A stretch of 63,951 nucleotides of DNA, taken from Eledone cirrhosa (Eukaryota). Below, in pieces: positions 28,162-41,489 of this stretch. The first letter of the stretch is position 1, and every line of letters begins with the position of its first letter. Below the pieces are notes generated by a model that had not been told where the DNA came from, ran no database searches, and saw only the letters and a program-made list of their open reading frames with translations. The DNA lies in the NCBI GenBank assembly GCA_964016885.1, contig OZ024750.1, positions 44,578,001 through 44,641,951 of the forward strand, in the 5' to 3' direction. A program made the position numbers and the translations under genes.

Positions 28162-28824
28162 TGTTTACGTGTGTGTGTGTGTGTGTAATGTAAAATATTT
28201 GTTTAGCTGCAAATCTTCGTGAAAGAGAATAACAAACACTAAATGTCCCATATATAGGTTTCTTTTCAGCAGACCACACGTGTGCTTCATTTGAAAGCAT
28301 TATTTTTCGTAAACTAACGCTATGTAGATTGAACGTGTAAAAAAAAAAATGCCCGCTGCTTCGGAAAATCTTGTGCGTATCTTTAAAAGGCCAACAGCAT
28401 GAACCATCAGCAACATCGGCGAAGATGAAGAGAGCAAAAGGCTATTTAAACACTCCAATACAAACCTATACACACATATATGTATGTACGAACGTACGAA
28501 CGTGCATTTCTGTGTTTGTATGTATGTATATATGTATATATGTATGTAGGTATATATGTAAGGTATATATGTAGGTATATATGTAGGTATATATGTAGGT
28601 ATATATGTATGTAGGTATATATGTATGTATGTACGTAAGTATGTATGTATGCATGTATGTATGTATGAATGTTTGGATGTATGTATAAAAGTCTGCATGC
28701 ATGTATATATATATATATATATATATATGCATGCATGAATATATGTATGCATGTATACATGAATGTAAGAATATAAATATATTAACACTCATGCATATAC
28801 ACAGAATTATACATATATATATAC

Positions 28825-28874
<50 letters not shown>

Positions 28875-28892
28875 ACATATATATATATATCC

Positions 28893-28956
<64 letters not shown>

Positions 28957-28973
28957 ATGTGTGTGTGTGTATG

Positions 28974-29020
<47 letters not shown>

Positions 29021-29316
29021 ACGTGTGTATATGTATGCGTGTTAGTATATATGAATATATATGTAATGTAGGCACGTGTGACGTGAGTGTAGATGTTATA
29101 TGTGTGTATATATATTATAGACTTTAAAATATTTAGATTCTTAGAAAGATGAGATTTGACAATTTTATATATCATTATCTAGATCAAAGAACTGCTAACA
29201 ACTGTGAAAAGGTTACCAGATTCCTCATACGTATGGACATACACAGTTAAATATGTATACACATACACACACATACACAAACACACACACACACACATAT
29301 ATATATAGGTATATAT

Positions 29317-29400
<84 letters not shown>

Positions 29401-29657
29401 CGGGTTCAATTGGAGTTAATCACAATAAGGAAGGTACTCAATACATTAGTAGAGCATATACAAAATGTATTAAACAAATGGCTCCCACAAGACTAGAACT
29501 GTTTCATTCGAAGGAAATCATCAGGAAAACCCATATATATATATATATATATAATTATACATATACATGTTTGTATAAATATATATATGTATATATATGT
29601 ATATATATATATATAATTATATATATACATGTTTGTATAAATATATATATATATATG

Positions 29658-29689
<32 letters not shown>

Positions 29690-30678
29690 TATATGTAATA
29701 TATATATATATATATGTAATGTATATATAATATATTATATATATATATATATATACATATATAATATATGTTAAAATATATATACATATATATATATACA
29801 ATATATATTTATATATATATATATTTATATATATATATATATATTTATCATAAATGTAACCTGAGACTTTCGAATATTAATAACACTCGATTCGTTTCCA
29901 ATTATACAAACAAGCCTCATTTTTAAAGCCATGTCAGTAGAATGAACACTTCATTCTTGCTCTTGTGTTGGCATGTAAACAGGACTGAAGACACTAATGT
30001 TTCTGGGTATTACGCTTCATCGGTAGAGTTCGCTGTTCACCTGCCAACTGTCAGAGCTAGTGAAAATATATGATATTTTCTAAAATATACAGTGACTGAT
30101 CGGCCTGATTTGCATATTAGCAGACGCGCTGATAAGTCGGATCTGCAGTTAATAAACTAATAGTTTATATTTAATATGATACATTATAATTCTCAAATAA
30201 ATATTATAAATACTTCCATATTCTTAAAATATATATTAAACAATTAAATAAATAAATATATATATGACGTTCTTTCTAAATTCATATTTATATCTTTGGG
30301 TGTATATAACTATATTTCTATATATAATTCTAAAATAACTCTACAATATTTTTTTTAAATTTAATAGCAAACCCCTTAGAATTTAAATAAGTATTTAAAA
30401 TCTATCTAGCGTCTAAACTTAACGGATCTTTTCAGTTTTAACGTTACCCTCATTAGCATATTTCCCTTGAGTATTGAACAATTCTATTCAAAATCATCAC
30501 TGAACTTATGACATTAAGTTCATATGAAGATATGTCACTATCTTAACACCAAGTATTATATTTTATCTGATGAAAGCGTTCTTAAAATACGTATAATAAA
30601 ATGAATATAGTTTTATAAAGATATTTTCCATTTATTAATATCATCGATATATATATATATATATATTTAAATAAAATC

Positions 30679-30745
30679 CATTCTGATGATTGAAGGCAGA
30701 CGTCTGTGCCAAACTCGTCTGTCTTCCTGAAACCGTTCGTAAATG
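30679..30745 (+). ncRNA. Type I hammerhead ribozyme motif
   Basis: catt-CTGATGA-tt-gaaggcagacg..cgtctgtcttc-ct-GAAAC-cgttc-GTA-aatg; element 3' end TTCCTACGGAAATACTTCA is shared with 3698-3716 (-). Confidence 0.6.
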
Positions 30746-30875
30746 AAATAATTATCTTATGTTGTTTATTACATGACTAAAAAGGTCTGTAACCTACATA
30801 GAGCACTCTCTTTTCCTTTATCTTTCCTACGGAAATACTTCAATATATATATATTTCATATATTTTCCGGGCGTG

Positions 30876-30911
<36 letters not shown>

Positions 30912-30912
30912 T

Positions 30913-31020
<108 letters not shown>

Positions 31021-31529
31021 TGTATGTGTGTGGAAGGCGGTCGGAGTAAGAGAAACTCTGGTATTGTGTTTAAGGAAGAATTTAGCAGAGTTGAAGAATT
31101 ATCATGTGGAAATGGAATGTAGTTTATTCTCGATTTATTTGTTTGTAAGTTTGTGCCCGTGTGTGCGTAGACTTCGCCATGTCTGCCTTCGGAAGGGTAA
31201 GAGAATTTAGCCAGAATAACTGCAGATGAAAAACCCAACACTGAGGTCATAAAAAGCCACACGGTGATGTCCGTACGTGTTTGAGATGTCTGTCAACAAA
31301 AGAACGTATTTTTTTTTAGTTTTTACACATGATCCCTGATCGGTTTGCCGGTATTATGATTTTTGTTACAATTATGGATGTATTTGGGCTGCCGTGTTAA
31401 AACTTATTTTTACCTTATTTTATGGGTGTATGTGTTTCATGTTTTATTCTAGAAGGATTGTTACTCACCCACACACAAAGTTTCCTGGAAAAAAAATAAA
31501 CACACACGGACACACGCATATATATATAT

Positions 31530-31607
<78 letters not shown>

Positions 31608-31798
31608 ATAAATTATCGAGATTCGCATTTCGGCCCACGAAATAACGAAAAACAACCTCCGAGATGTGCGGCAAGTGCTCAATGATTCAGATGAACCAGA
31701 GCTATAACAAACGTTAAAGGCCAAACACACTGAGACGATGGTTAAACAATCATTCGCATAGCCCAAAAAACGATCAAGTAATTCGGGTATTGAACACG

Positions 31799-31844
<46 letters not shown>

Positions 31845-31846
<2 letters not shown>

Positions 31847-32200
31847 TTAGGGGCGCCGTTCGAAGCACTCAATGCTGTTACGATGTCCATTTCATTTGCG
31901 TTGTATTCCAGTGTTAAGGCTGTAGTTTGTAGAGTGCAAATAGAGACGAAGTCAGTGCTGCAGCATATGTAGAAACGTTATTTGTATATTACAATTGTTT
32001 CGATATCGATCAGCTCTGGGTACAATCAAGGTGAAGGAGCCCGACACATTTTCGACACCTCGTCGGATATGCGAGCTTATATGCACATATCTGATGAAAT
32101 TTCGAAAAAGAGTCGGGCTCCATCACTTTTACTTTACCCTGAGATGATCGATATCGAAACAGTTGTAATATGCAAATAAGGTTTGTACATAAGCAACTTT
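31845..32200 (-). mobile_element. Asymmetric palindrome with a hammerhead in each arm
   Basis: 31978-32072 is inverted against 32085-32180; tail with AAGCACTCAA runs to (TA)n. Confidence 0.75.
32086..32172 (+). ncRNA. Hammerhead motif with extended stem II
   Basis: catat-CTGATGA-aatttcga..(~40 nt)..tcgatatc-GAAAC-agtt-GTA-atatg; the opposite arm has ggtgtcga/tcgatatc fully paired and stem III ACAATTGT. Confidence 0.6.
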
Positions 32201-32228
32201 TATATATAAGTTTATATATATATATATA

Positions 32229-32430
32229 GGAAAATGTATGACGCCGACGGCAGAGCTCAAGCCGTTTCGACGGCTATTTCTGGACTCTGAGTCCAGAAAT
32301 AACCGTCGAAACGGCTTGAGCTCTGCCGTCGGGGTCATACTTTTTCCTATTTCCCACTCTACTACCCTAAGTATTGAGTACTCTGGTGCGTAATGGTCCA
32401 TCTGGTTCCTTACTACAATTCCTTTGTTTT
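32229..32430 (+). mobile_element. Family A (subfamily) palindromic copy
   Basis: Centre TCTGGACTCTGAGTCCAGA; tail GTATTGAGTACTCTGGTGCG. Confidence 0.9.
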
Positions 32431-32440
32431 ATATATATAT

Positions 32441-32835
32441 ATATTGAAAGAGTGAAGAATAACATGGTCAACAGTACAAAAAAAGGTTTATTTACAGTCT
32501 AACAATTGTTTCACTGATTAAGTTGTCTAAAAATTGCTGAACATTAGAATCTGTGCCACTCAATTTTAAATACGTTCAATTTTAAATACGATCATCAGAG
32601 AAACTGTTAAGACTGTAAATAAAACCCTTTTTTGTACCGTTGACCATGTTATTCTTCACTCTTTCAATATTATTACTCCAAGATAAACTTACATAGGAAT
32701 GCAAGAGAACTCATAAACTCGCCACCTACGGAAACCTCTTGTTGAGTCAAACAACGCCGTACGCTAAAACTACCCACAATACGAAGTATTCACAACCTCT
32801 AACTGGATTACCTATAATGATATGTTGTTATCCCG
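32441..32835 (+). mobile_element. Asymmetric palindrome (60-bp arms plus long tail), (TA)n-flanked
   Basis: ATATTGAAAGAGTGAAGAATAACATGGTCAAC is inverted at 32639-32670. Confidence 0.7.
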
Positions 32836-32852
32836 TATATATATATATATAT

Positions 32853-32911
32853 ATATATATATTTCAGAGGTACTGAGATGTTTCATCAGTACGTCCTCAT
32901 CAGATAAAATA
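32853..32911 (-). ncRNA. Hammerhead motif truncated into (TA)n at its cleavage site
   Basis: tattttat-CTGATGA-ggacgtactga..tcagtacctct-GAAA-TATATATA, then microsatellite. Confidence 0.6.
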
Positions 32912-32976
32912 AATTGATGTCTGACATACCTCAACTGTGCTGATGGTTCATGTCACTATCTGTAAACCAACTTTTG

Positions 32977-33037
32977 TATTTTATCTGATGAGCGCGTACC
33001 AAAATGTTGGTACCCTTGAAATATATATAATAAAATA
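32977..33037 (+). ncRNA. Type I hammerhead ribozyme motif (family B)
   Basis: tattttat-CTGATGA-gcgcgtacca..tggtaccctt-GAAA-tatata-TA-ataaaata. Confidence 0.7.
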
Positions 33038-33057
33038 TAAAGATTAGCTTCCATTTA

Positions 33058-33088
<31 letters not shown>

Positions 33089-33282
33089 GGAACCAGTAAG
33101 ACCCCGACAGCTGAGCTCAAGCCGTTTCGACGGCTAATTCTGGAGTCCAGAATTAGCCGTCGAAACGGCTTGAGCTCAGCTGTCGGGGTCTTACTGGTTC
33201 CTATTACCCACTCTACTACCTCAAGTATTGAGTACTTTGGTGCGTTATGGTCCACCTGGTTCCTTACCACATTTCCTTCGTT
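33089..33282 (+). mobile_element. Family A palindromic copy (near-perfect arms)
   Basis: Centre TTCTGGAGTCCAGAA. Confidence 0.9.
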
Positions 33283-33283
33283 A

Positions 33284-33357
<74 letters not shown>

Positions 33358-33492
33358 TAAGTAATATAAATATGACTTGACAGTTAACATTTATTAAACA
33401 TTACATGTTGACATAGTCTTCGATTTCCCCTAACGAAATCGAATCACTACAGTGTTCTTTCCCTCTCTCTCTCCCCCCTATCTCCAGCCCAA

Positions 33493-33528
<36 letters not shown>

Positions 33529-33537
33529 ACTCTCTCA

Positions 33538-33584
<47 letters not shown>

Positions 33585-34151
33585 GGCTAGTAGTTCTATA
33601 CCCGATTGCCCGCGCTGTCTTTCAGTAAACAATACTTTATTTCATATTGCTCCAGTCAACATAATTAATAAAAAATCAGTTTTAACCTGTATTGAAAGTT
33701 TCAGCACTGTCGCAGACTGTGTCACACCGAATCTCCCTGAGTAGTAGCTGCAACACGAAATTTACAACCAAGCAGCAGATCAGTATTTTACCGACAATTC
33801 CAGTGCTGGCTGACCTACGCCATTGTGAGGTATAGTAGCGAAGGGTCAATGCAGAGAAATCAGCAAAAATATTCTAGATACTGTCTTTTTATATTTCAAG
33901 ATTATCACACTTAAGAGAAATGCGCGTAGCCTAGTAATTAGTATCTTGTACTCATGGTCGTACGGTAATGGGACAAAGGAAATGAGTTCGAATTAGGGGT
34001 TTATTCTGTGACGTTGTCATGGCAATGATATCGAAATAACTCCGACCTGTTGAGAATACGGCCATGAAACAGACTTTTCCAAGACAGTACAATTAGCTTT
34101 ACCCTTGTGTATATGTTTATTTCTCTGTATGTGTATATATATGTATATAGA

Positions 34152-34355
34152 TGTGAGAAAAACCACAGACCCTCCAACTCAACTCTTCTTTTGAAAAGCA
34201 GAAGAACTGCGAAACCGGTAAAGGAACCAAATAAATATATATATTTAAAAAAAAATAAGACTCCAATTGCATTTTCGATTTCATCTTTATTTCTTTATAC
34301 TTTCACTCGTGTAGGACACCTCGGTTATTTTTCATTTTGTAAAAAAAACTTCACT
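34152..34355 (+). mobile_element. Family F element (other copies 60466-60608 and the palindrome 60938-61206)
   Basis: GTGAGAAAAACCAC..TTGAAAAGCAGAAGAACTGCGAAACCGGTAAAGGAACC..TTGCATTTTCGATTTCATC. Confidence 0.85.
34186..34225 (+). ncRNA. Minimal hammerhead with U3-A8 core variant
   Basis: ttctt-TTGAAAA-gcag-aagaa-ctgc-GAAA-ccgg-TA-aagga. Confidence 0.6.
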
Positions 34356-34433
34356 TTCTAATATATATATATATAGATAGATATATATTAAAATACAAAT
34401 ATTAATAAAATAGATGTTCTTTTTATCAATTAC

Positions 34434-34486
34434 ATTTTATTATACATATTTCGGATGTACAACATTACGTCCTCATCAGACAAAAT
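34434..34486 (-). ncRNA. Type I hammerhead motif (family B-like)
   Basis: attttgt-CTGATGA-ggacgta..tacatcc-GAAA-tatgta-TA-ataaaat. Confidence 0.7.
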
Positions 34487-34898
34487 ATAATGATATATGA
34501 CATACCCTGAGATGTTAAATGGTTAAGATTTAATCAAGGTAGTGATTAACCTAAGAGAAAGTTTAACATTTATACCCTAATAATGAGAAAATGCGAAAAC
34601 GTAATAAATTCAATAGAGAATGTGTGAGTAAGAAAAACGTTGCTTAATGTAATAGTTATAGAGATTTTAAAATGTAGGATACTACAATTTATCAGGGAAA
34701 GCGGTCAATGAGAGCCGCTGAGGTAATATATATAGAGAGAGGGAATATATGTAGAAGGAGATTTTCCGAAAGTTAAACGGTTAAGTTTGAAAATATTTAA
34801 TTTATGCTATTTTAGTTTTTTTTTTTTTTTATATTCTTTGATATACTCATTGAATATTGTTTAACTCTTTAATATATATATAAAACAATATAAATGTA

Positions 34899-34984
<86 letters not shown>

Positions 34985-35016
34985 CATGTATGTGTAAATA
35001 TATGTATGTATATATG

Positions 35017-35072
<56 letters not shown>

Positions 35073-36049
35073 GTAAATATATTATATATACATATATACA
35101 TGTATATATATATATATACACATAGCTATTTGTTCATTTGTTTGAGTGTATGTATATACACTACATGCTTCTGCGGTGTTGCCTCTAGCTACATATTTAT
35201 GTTTTCATATATCTAATATATCTATGGAAAAATATTTTCCTAACACAGCTTCTCTTAATTTGCCAATTGTGCCAGTCTTTTCAGTTTCATGTTTTGAAGT
35301 TTTAAAGTAAATATTATCTTGGAGATTTCTGTGTAGTTAATCGATATCACACAGTGCGATTGATGTATCCAGGTAAACATTGAAAACCATAAATATCCAT
35401 AGAGATAAGCAGTATGTATAGAAACAAGCAGGTTGACTGAGCTAATGCAGTTTCTTGATATCTTTGTGACGTTAAATCTTTCGTTTTTTTCTTTATCAAG
35501 CTGGTGAATTGGTGGCGTCGTTGGTGCTGGAATGAAGTGATTTACGGTATTTGGATATGTTTTACGTATCTGATCAGTCTGATTTCAAATGCTGTCGAGG
35601 GAAACCTTGCCTTCATTATTGTGGCATTAATAAATACCAGTCAATGTCCAGTAGACTGCCAAAAATTGTTAAAGATCGGACGGGCTGATTTCTGGTATCT
35701 GATGAAACTCGGTTTAGAGTTCAAGTCCCGTTTCCTTCAGCTAGGGTTTGCAGCCGGTATCAATTGGAAGGGACAAAGGAAACTTTGCTTCGTTGGTTAG
35801 ATCTGAAGATTAATCAAATTTCCCCGCTTCCCAAATCACTGCCCTTAAATCTATAGCAGAGTACTGCTTTCTATACCGAGTACTGCTTTCTATACAGAGT
35901 ACTGCTTTCTATACAGAGTACTGGTTTCTTTTCAATACCTGAATATTTACAGAGTATAAAATACATTTCTATGTATAGATATACTCCATTTACCTATCTA
36001 CCAACTTTTCTGTTTGACTTTCTTCTGTTTCTCTCTCTCCCTGCATATC

Positions 36050-36121
<72 letters not shown>

Positions 36122-36387
36122 AATATATATATATAGTAATAATAATAAATGTGAGTACTAAAATCCAAAGAGGGCTCGACTTTCAGAAGATCCCGTTAAG
36201 GGTGAAAGCAGCGATTCAGTGCTTAAATTTTAATCTGTTATTTTAATATATCAACTAGAAATTGATTGACATATATATAAAATAAACATATGAAACAATC
36301 ACAGCGAATAATTTGTAAAATGTGTAAGCGCACACAGCTAGGTAGGTAACTAATTAAAGTTAACTAGAACTTCAAATTCAGATACCT

Positions 36388-37045
36388 ATTTCGAATTTTG
36401 TTTATCGTGAACTCGTGCGCCGATTTTTCGATACTCGATTATTCTACTATATTTAGCTCTAGACTTAGCTATTGACCAGTTAATTTTATTGTTCATTTTT
36501 TGTCGATTCTATTAAATGATGAATAGCTCCTGTTTATTTTAACATGTCTATTGAACACTCTTATTCGATATGTGTATTTCCACATTTTCCCGAATTTTTT
36601 TTGCGGATATAGAGGTTATCTCCCTTGCTGAATTCCATGTGCGTTTTTTCAACTTGGGTTATGCCTTTTTATTCGTTCGGACAAAAGCTCGTTGAGGAAG
36701 TAAATTCCGGTCCGCTGTCTAATATATATTTATGTGGGCTGATAGAGGGCGGTTTAAGGATTTACAGAAACCCAAGAAGCTAAATTTACCATCTTTCTAG
36801 CGGGTCCGGGTATGCTTTTTACATTCATTTGATTTATTGATTTATTTATATTTTATCTGAGTGTCCCGAATCTTCCAGATCGTAATTTTTCGGTCGTATG
36901 GTTGATTTTAGACATGTTCTATGTGTGTCGGTATTTTAACGATAGTTATAGCTCTAATTTATCTGAATTATTGAGCCCTCTGCCGCTCATTTCGAATTTT
37001 GTTTATCGTGAACTCGTGCGCCGATTTTTCGATACTCGATTATTC

Positions 37046-37053
<8 letters not shown>
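36388..37053 (+). mobile_element. 601-bp unit bounded by 65-bp identical direct repeats, ending in (TA)n
   Basis: ATTTCGAATTTTGTTTATCGTGAACTCGTGCGCCGATTTTTCGATACTCGATTATTCTACTATAT at 36388 and 36989. Confidence 0.6.
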
Positions 37054-37103
<50 letters not shown>

Positions 37104-37221
37104 AACCGGTAAAACTTAAAACAAAACTGAATACTAACCAATACTATTACTAATTTTTACTTATTCCTAATTAAATTATTTTTCACTGGGAACAATTTGT
37201 CAGCACTTTCTATTCCGTTTA

Positions 37222-37287
<66 letters not shown>

Positions 37288-37324
37288 ATTAAATAAATGG
37301 AAACTATATTTATAAAACCATATT

Positions 37325-37390
37325 TATTTCATTATATATATTTCAGGGATATCATATTAACAATATGCTATGCCTTCCTCAGACAAAATA
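37325..37390 (-). ncRNA. Type I hammerhead motif (family B)
   Basis: tattttgt-CTGAGGA-aggcatagcatatt..aatatgatatccct-GAAA-tatata-TA-atgaaata. Confidence 0.65.
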
Positions 37391-37621
37391 CAATATAAAC
37401 AGTTTTATAGATAAATAGATTCGACATACCGTAACAACATCCACTTGTATTTGAAAAGGTTGATTTGGTAGTGAAAAAATTGTACACAGAGAGAAAGAAA
37501 GAGAGAAAAAAGGAAAGAAAGACAGAAAACGAAGAAAAAGAAGAAAAAGAAGAAATGCATGGAACAAAATAGAGAGATGGAAAGATAGATAAAGAGAAGA
37601 ACTTCATGTAAAGAAACAGAA

Positions 37622-37657
<36 letters not shown>

Positions 37658-37735
37658 CTCCAAATATTTGTCGAGTGCTTTTATATCAGTTATAAATATT
37701 TACTAGTTGTAACCCAACAATTTAAATATAACTTT

Positions 37736-37781
<46 letters not shown>

Positions 37782-37979
37782 AAGATATATATTGAGTTAG
37801 AAACTCAAGATAGTCTCTTGCAATTAAATAGCTCAAGAAAAACAGCTTTCCGGGCCGTGTAACATAATTGAATATAAAAGAGAGATAAACACAGATATAT
37901 ACATATATATATAGGGTCCCATACGATTTGAACGCATATATGTATATATGTGTGTTTATCTCTCTTTTGTATTCAATTG

Positions 37980-38015
<36 letters not shown>

Positions 38016-38017
<2 letters not shown>

Positions 38018-38206
38018 CGAAGGAAATGTGGTAAGGAACCAGGTGGTCCATAACGCACCAAAGTACTCAATACTTAGGGTAGTAGTGTGGGTAATAGGAA
38101 CGAGTAGGACCCCGACGGCTGAGCTCAACCCGTTTCGACGGCTAATTCTAAGTCCAGAATTAGCCGTCGAAACGGCTTGAGCTCAGCCGTCGGGGTCCTA
38201 CTCGTT

Positions 38207-38209
<3 letters not shown>
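38016..38209 (-). mobile_element. Family A palindromic copy
   Basis: Centre TTCTAAGTCCAGAA; (TA)n flanks. Confidence 0.9.
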
Positions 38210-38245
<36 letters not shown>

Positions 38246-38418
38246 GAAAGGTATAGAAAACATTGTAGTAAAAAAGCAACAGTATTCCATAATATATATA
38301 TATATATATACAAACAGACATATTTATTTACATACACACACACATATACATATATATATACATATGTATACACAAATCCATACATGCAATTGCACACACA
38401 CACACACACACACGCACA

Positions 38419-38510
<92 letters not shown>

Positions 38511-38547
38511 GCAGACCATACTCACGGACGCGTGTTACATCCAACAT

Positions 38548-38642
38548 ATTCCCAACTCGAGTGAGATTACGCTGAAAACGGAAGTGTATATGAACTCATA
38601 TACACTTCCGTTTTCACCATAACCTCACTCGAGTTGGGAATA
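38548..38642. repeat. 95-bp near-perfect hairpin
   Basis: TATTCCCAACTCGAGTGAG..TGAAAACGGAAGTGTATATGA-ac-TCATATACACTTCCGTTTTCA..CTCACTCGAGTTGGGAATA. Confidence 0.85.
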
Positions 38643-39230
38643 CACACATAGACACACACACACAGACAGACACACACGGACACACACACACACACACACA
38701 CACACGCATATATATATATGTATACATATACAAATACATACATACTTACGTACATATACATATGGTATACTTTTTTACATACATACATACACATGTTGAA
38801 GTTGAGGAACATGCAAACATATTTATATACGATTTAATGTTTTAACAATCTATAAAGCAAAGGGTAGTAGATACATACGACTGAAATATCAAGTCCATAA
38901 GTAACCTTATTTATCCGTTGCCCTTAAGATATTATAATAGTATTCATCTAGCGGTATTGTCTGATATAAAGAAGATATTTATGATAGCAATATTTTTTTC
39001 TGACGTAAATATCGGTAAATATTGTCGAGGTTTTACATGAATTAGGTCATAATGAGAAAAAAAGAAAAGATATTTTTTTTCAATTCAATTTATTAATCTA
39101 TTTGTGTATCTCAACTGCGAGCTAAAGCTAAAATGAATATGAATTTATAATGTCATACGTTTATACAGAGATGTGAATGTATCAATGTGTATATGTATAT
39201 ATGTTTGTATGTATATATATATATAAATAA

Positions 39231-39404
39231 GAAAATGTATGACCCCCTACGGCAGAGCTCAAGCCATTTCGACGGCTATTTCTGGACTCGGATTGAGCTT
39301 TGCCGTCGGGGTCATACATTTTCCTATTATCCACTCTACTACCCTAAGTATTGAGTATTCTGGTGCGTTATGGTCTATCTGGTTCCGTACCACAACTCCT
39401 TCGT

Positions 39405-39405
<1 letters not shown>
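39231..39405 (+). mobile_element. Family A (subfamily) copy
   Basis: Same arms and tail with a small central deletion. Confidence 0.85.
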
Positions 39406-39461
<56 letters not shown>

Positions 39462-40064
39462 ATATATATATATATATGTGTGTGTATGTGTGTGTGTGTT
39501 TGTACGTATATATGTTTGTATGTATACATATATATATATGTGTGTGTTTGTGCGTTTGTATGTATATATATATATGTGTGTGTGTTTGTGTATATGTGTT
39601 TGTATGTATATATATATGTCTGTGTGTGTTTGTGTGTTTGTACGTATATATGTTTGGATGTATATATGTATGATTCTCTCTCTCTTAATTTCGAGTACAT
39701 TTTTGAAATAAACATATTTTGTGTGGGATGTTAAAGCATGTTATAATTTAACAACCCACACACGATATGTTTATTTCAACTGCATTATAACTCTTTCCTC
39801 ATACATGCCTTATTGACTGTATTGACTCCTGCATTGTGCACCAATTTTCCTTGCTTATAACTTTTTTGCCTGTGTTTTTTCGCTTGTGCTTTTTACTTAT
39901 ACATCTTACACTTTCAACCAGTGCTGCCTGTAATTGTGTTCTTTCAAGCAGAACATCCTTTTAGCTCCTGGCTCTCCACATGATGCCCATGACACTAACA
40001 ACAATTATGTACCCTAAATGTTCTAAATAACTTGGACTTTAGTAATATGTTTCGACATTCCTCA

Positions 40065-40111
40065 TGCTCCGATGAATTCAGTCATCTCTCTGGAAGAAAC
40101 AATTGTCAGCA
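40065..40111 (+). ncRNA. Hammerhead motif (U4C) upstream of the Penelope remnant
   Basis: tgct-CCGATGA-attcag..ctggaa-GAAAC-aatt-GTC-agca. Confidence 0.55.
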
Positions 40112-40289
40112 AATAAATGTTCTAAACTAACATTTGATCGTTTTAACACTTTTTATCTCGGCTCTGTAAAACACTTGAAAATTTGCATTGAGCCTTTGTC
40201 ATACCGGTAACCGGCTAGTACTTAGTACTACCCTACATATTTATAGTTGTATCAATGGAGTCGGAGTCCAACATGTTGAACGCCACAAA

Positions 40290-41398
40290 CAAGACAACAC
40301 TAACCCTACTGACGCTATGAACACCATCACCCTTGATCCGTATCTCAACGACAACAGTCTCTACACGGAAGTCACTGGAATTACATCCGCGCTGATAGAG
40401 AACCGGATAAAAGCCACATGAACAAACATCTGCGACCGACGAAGGCTCCCGAAGAGATTCCGGTACAATTACATAACGAGAAATAGCAGGCTGCCCAACT
40501 TCTACCACCTGATGAAAACCCACAAAGAAGGACCCGACCTGAAAGTTAGACCCATTGTCTCCAGTGTTGAAGCACCATCTTACAAAATCTCTTGGATTCT
40601 GTCCAAGATTTTAAAGCCTTTTTTGACAACCTTCCCGGGCCATGTCTACAGCTCGGAGGATGACATCGAGCGACTCAACCAACTGGAACTTGACACCCTC
40701 AAACCCAACACGTATGCCTTCAGCCTAGATGTACCAACACTCGGTACCAACACTCTCGGCAGTGGACATACTCACTGAATGTGTCGGTTTCAGCAACCTG
40801 GATAGTTTCGGCCACACCACCACCCAGATTCTCCATCCCACGACGAAACCCCAGACCCAGAGACTGGACCAACACAAACAACAATTGCTTCTTCAAGATC
40901 GCACATCTCAGCGAGGAAACCGCCAATGCCATACGCAAAGCCATCAGGAGTGAGGGTCGCAATATCAAAACCTGGACGACCACGTTACCACCACAGTCTT
41001 AGCTACCAAACACAGTATAGGCACATTGAGAATTAAGGAAGCCTTCTTAATCAAGTAATTAAAACCTAGAATCTATTATCGAATGAAAAGAAACGCACCA
41101 GAATGGCTAATTTAAAAGCCTGTGGCCCGTTTCATTCTTTTTTTTTTTCAAATTAAATGTATGTCCTAACTAAGCAAACCCAGTTAGACACACACACGCA
41201 AACATATATAAAATATATATTTTTTCCCTTTTTATTATTTACATATTTGCAGACGCCTTTCACTACATGAACTTACATTCATGAACACATACATACATCG
41301 CACTAAACACACCTAGATTCACGCACACAAGTGGTGCTGTTATGTTAGAGGCATGGCCTGGGCCAATACTGGCCGAAACCTACCAAAGTTATCAAAGT

Positions 41399-41400
<2 letters not shown>
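40290..41400 (+). mobile_element. Penelope-like element remnant (RT N-terminal half, thumb, GIY-YIG C-terminus), internally deleted
   Basis: LPNFYHLMKTHK, VRPIVSS, PSYKISWILSKILKP, FSLDV; LRIKEAFLIK*LKP; ggcc-aatact-ggcc-GAAAC in the 3' region. Confidence 0.8.

Positions 41401-41489
<89 letters not shown>

Noticed and set aside
35696-35730. CTGATGA-aactc/gagtt stem; also CTGATGACGAAAC at about 51953
   Set aside because: The first lacks GAAA and the second lacks stem II; chance matches or too decayed to call.
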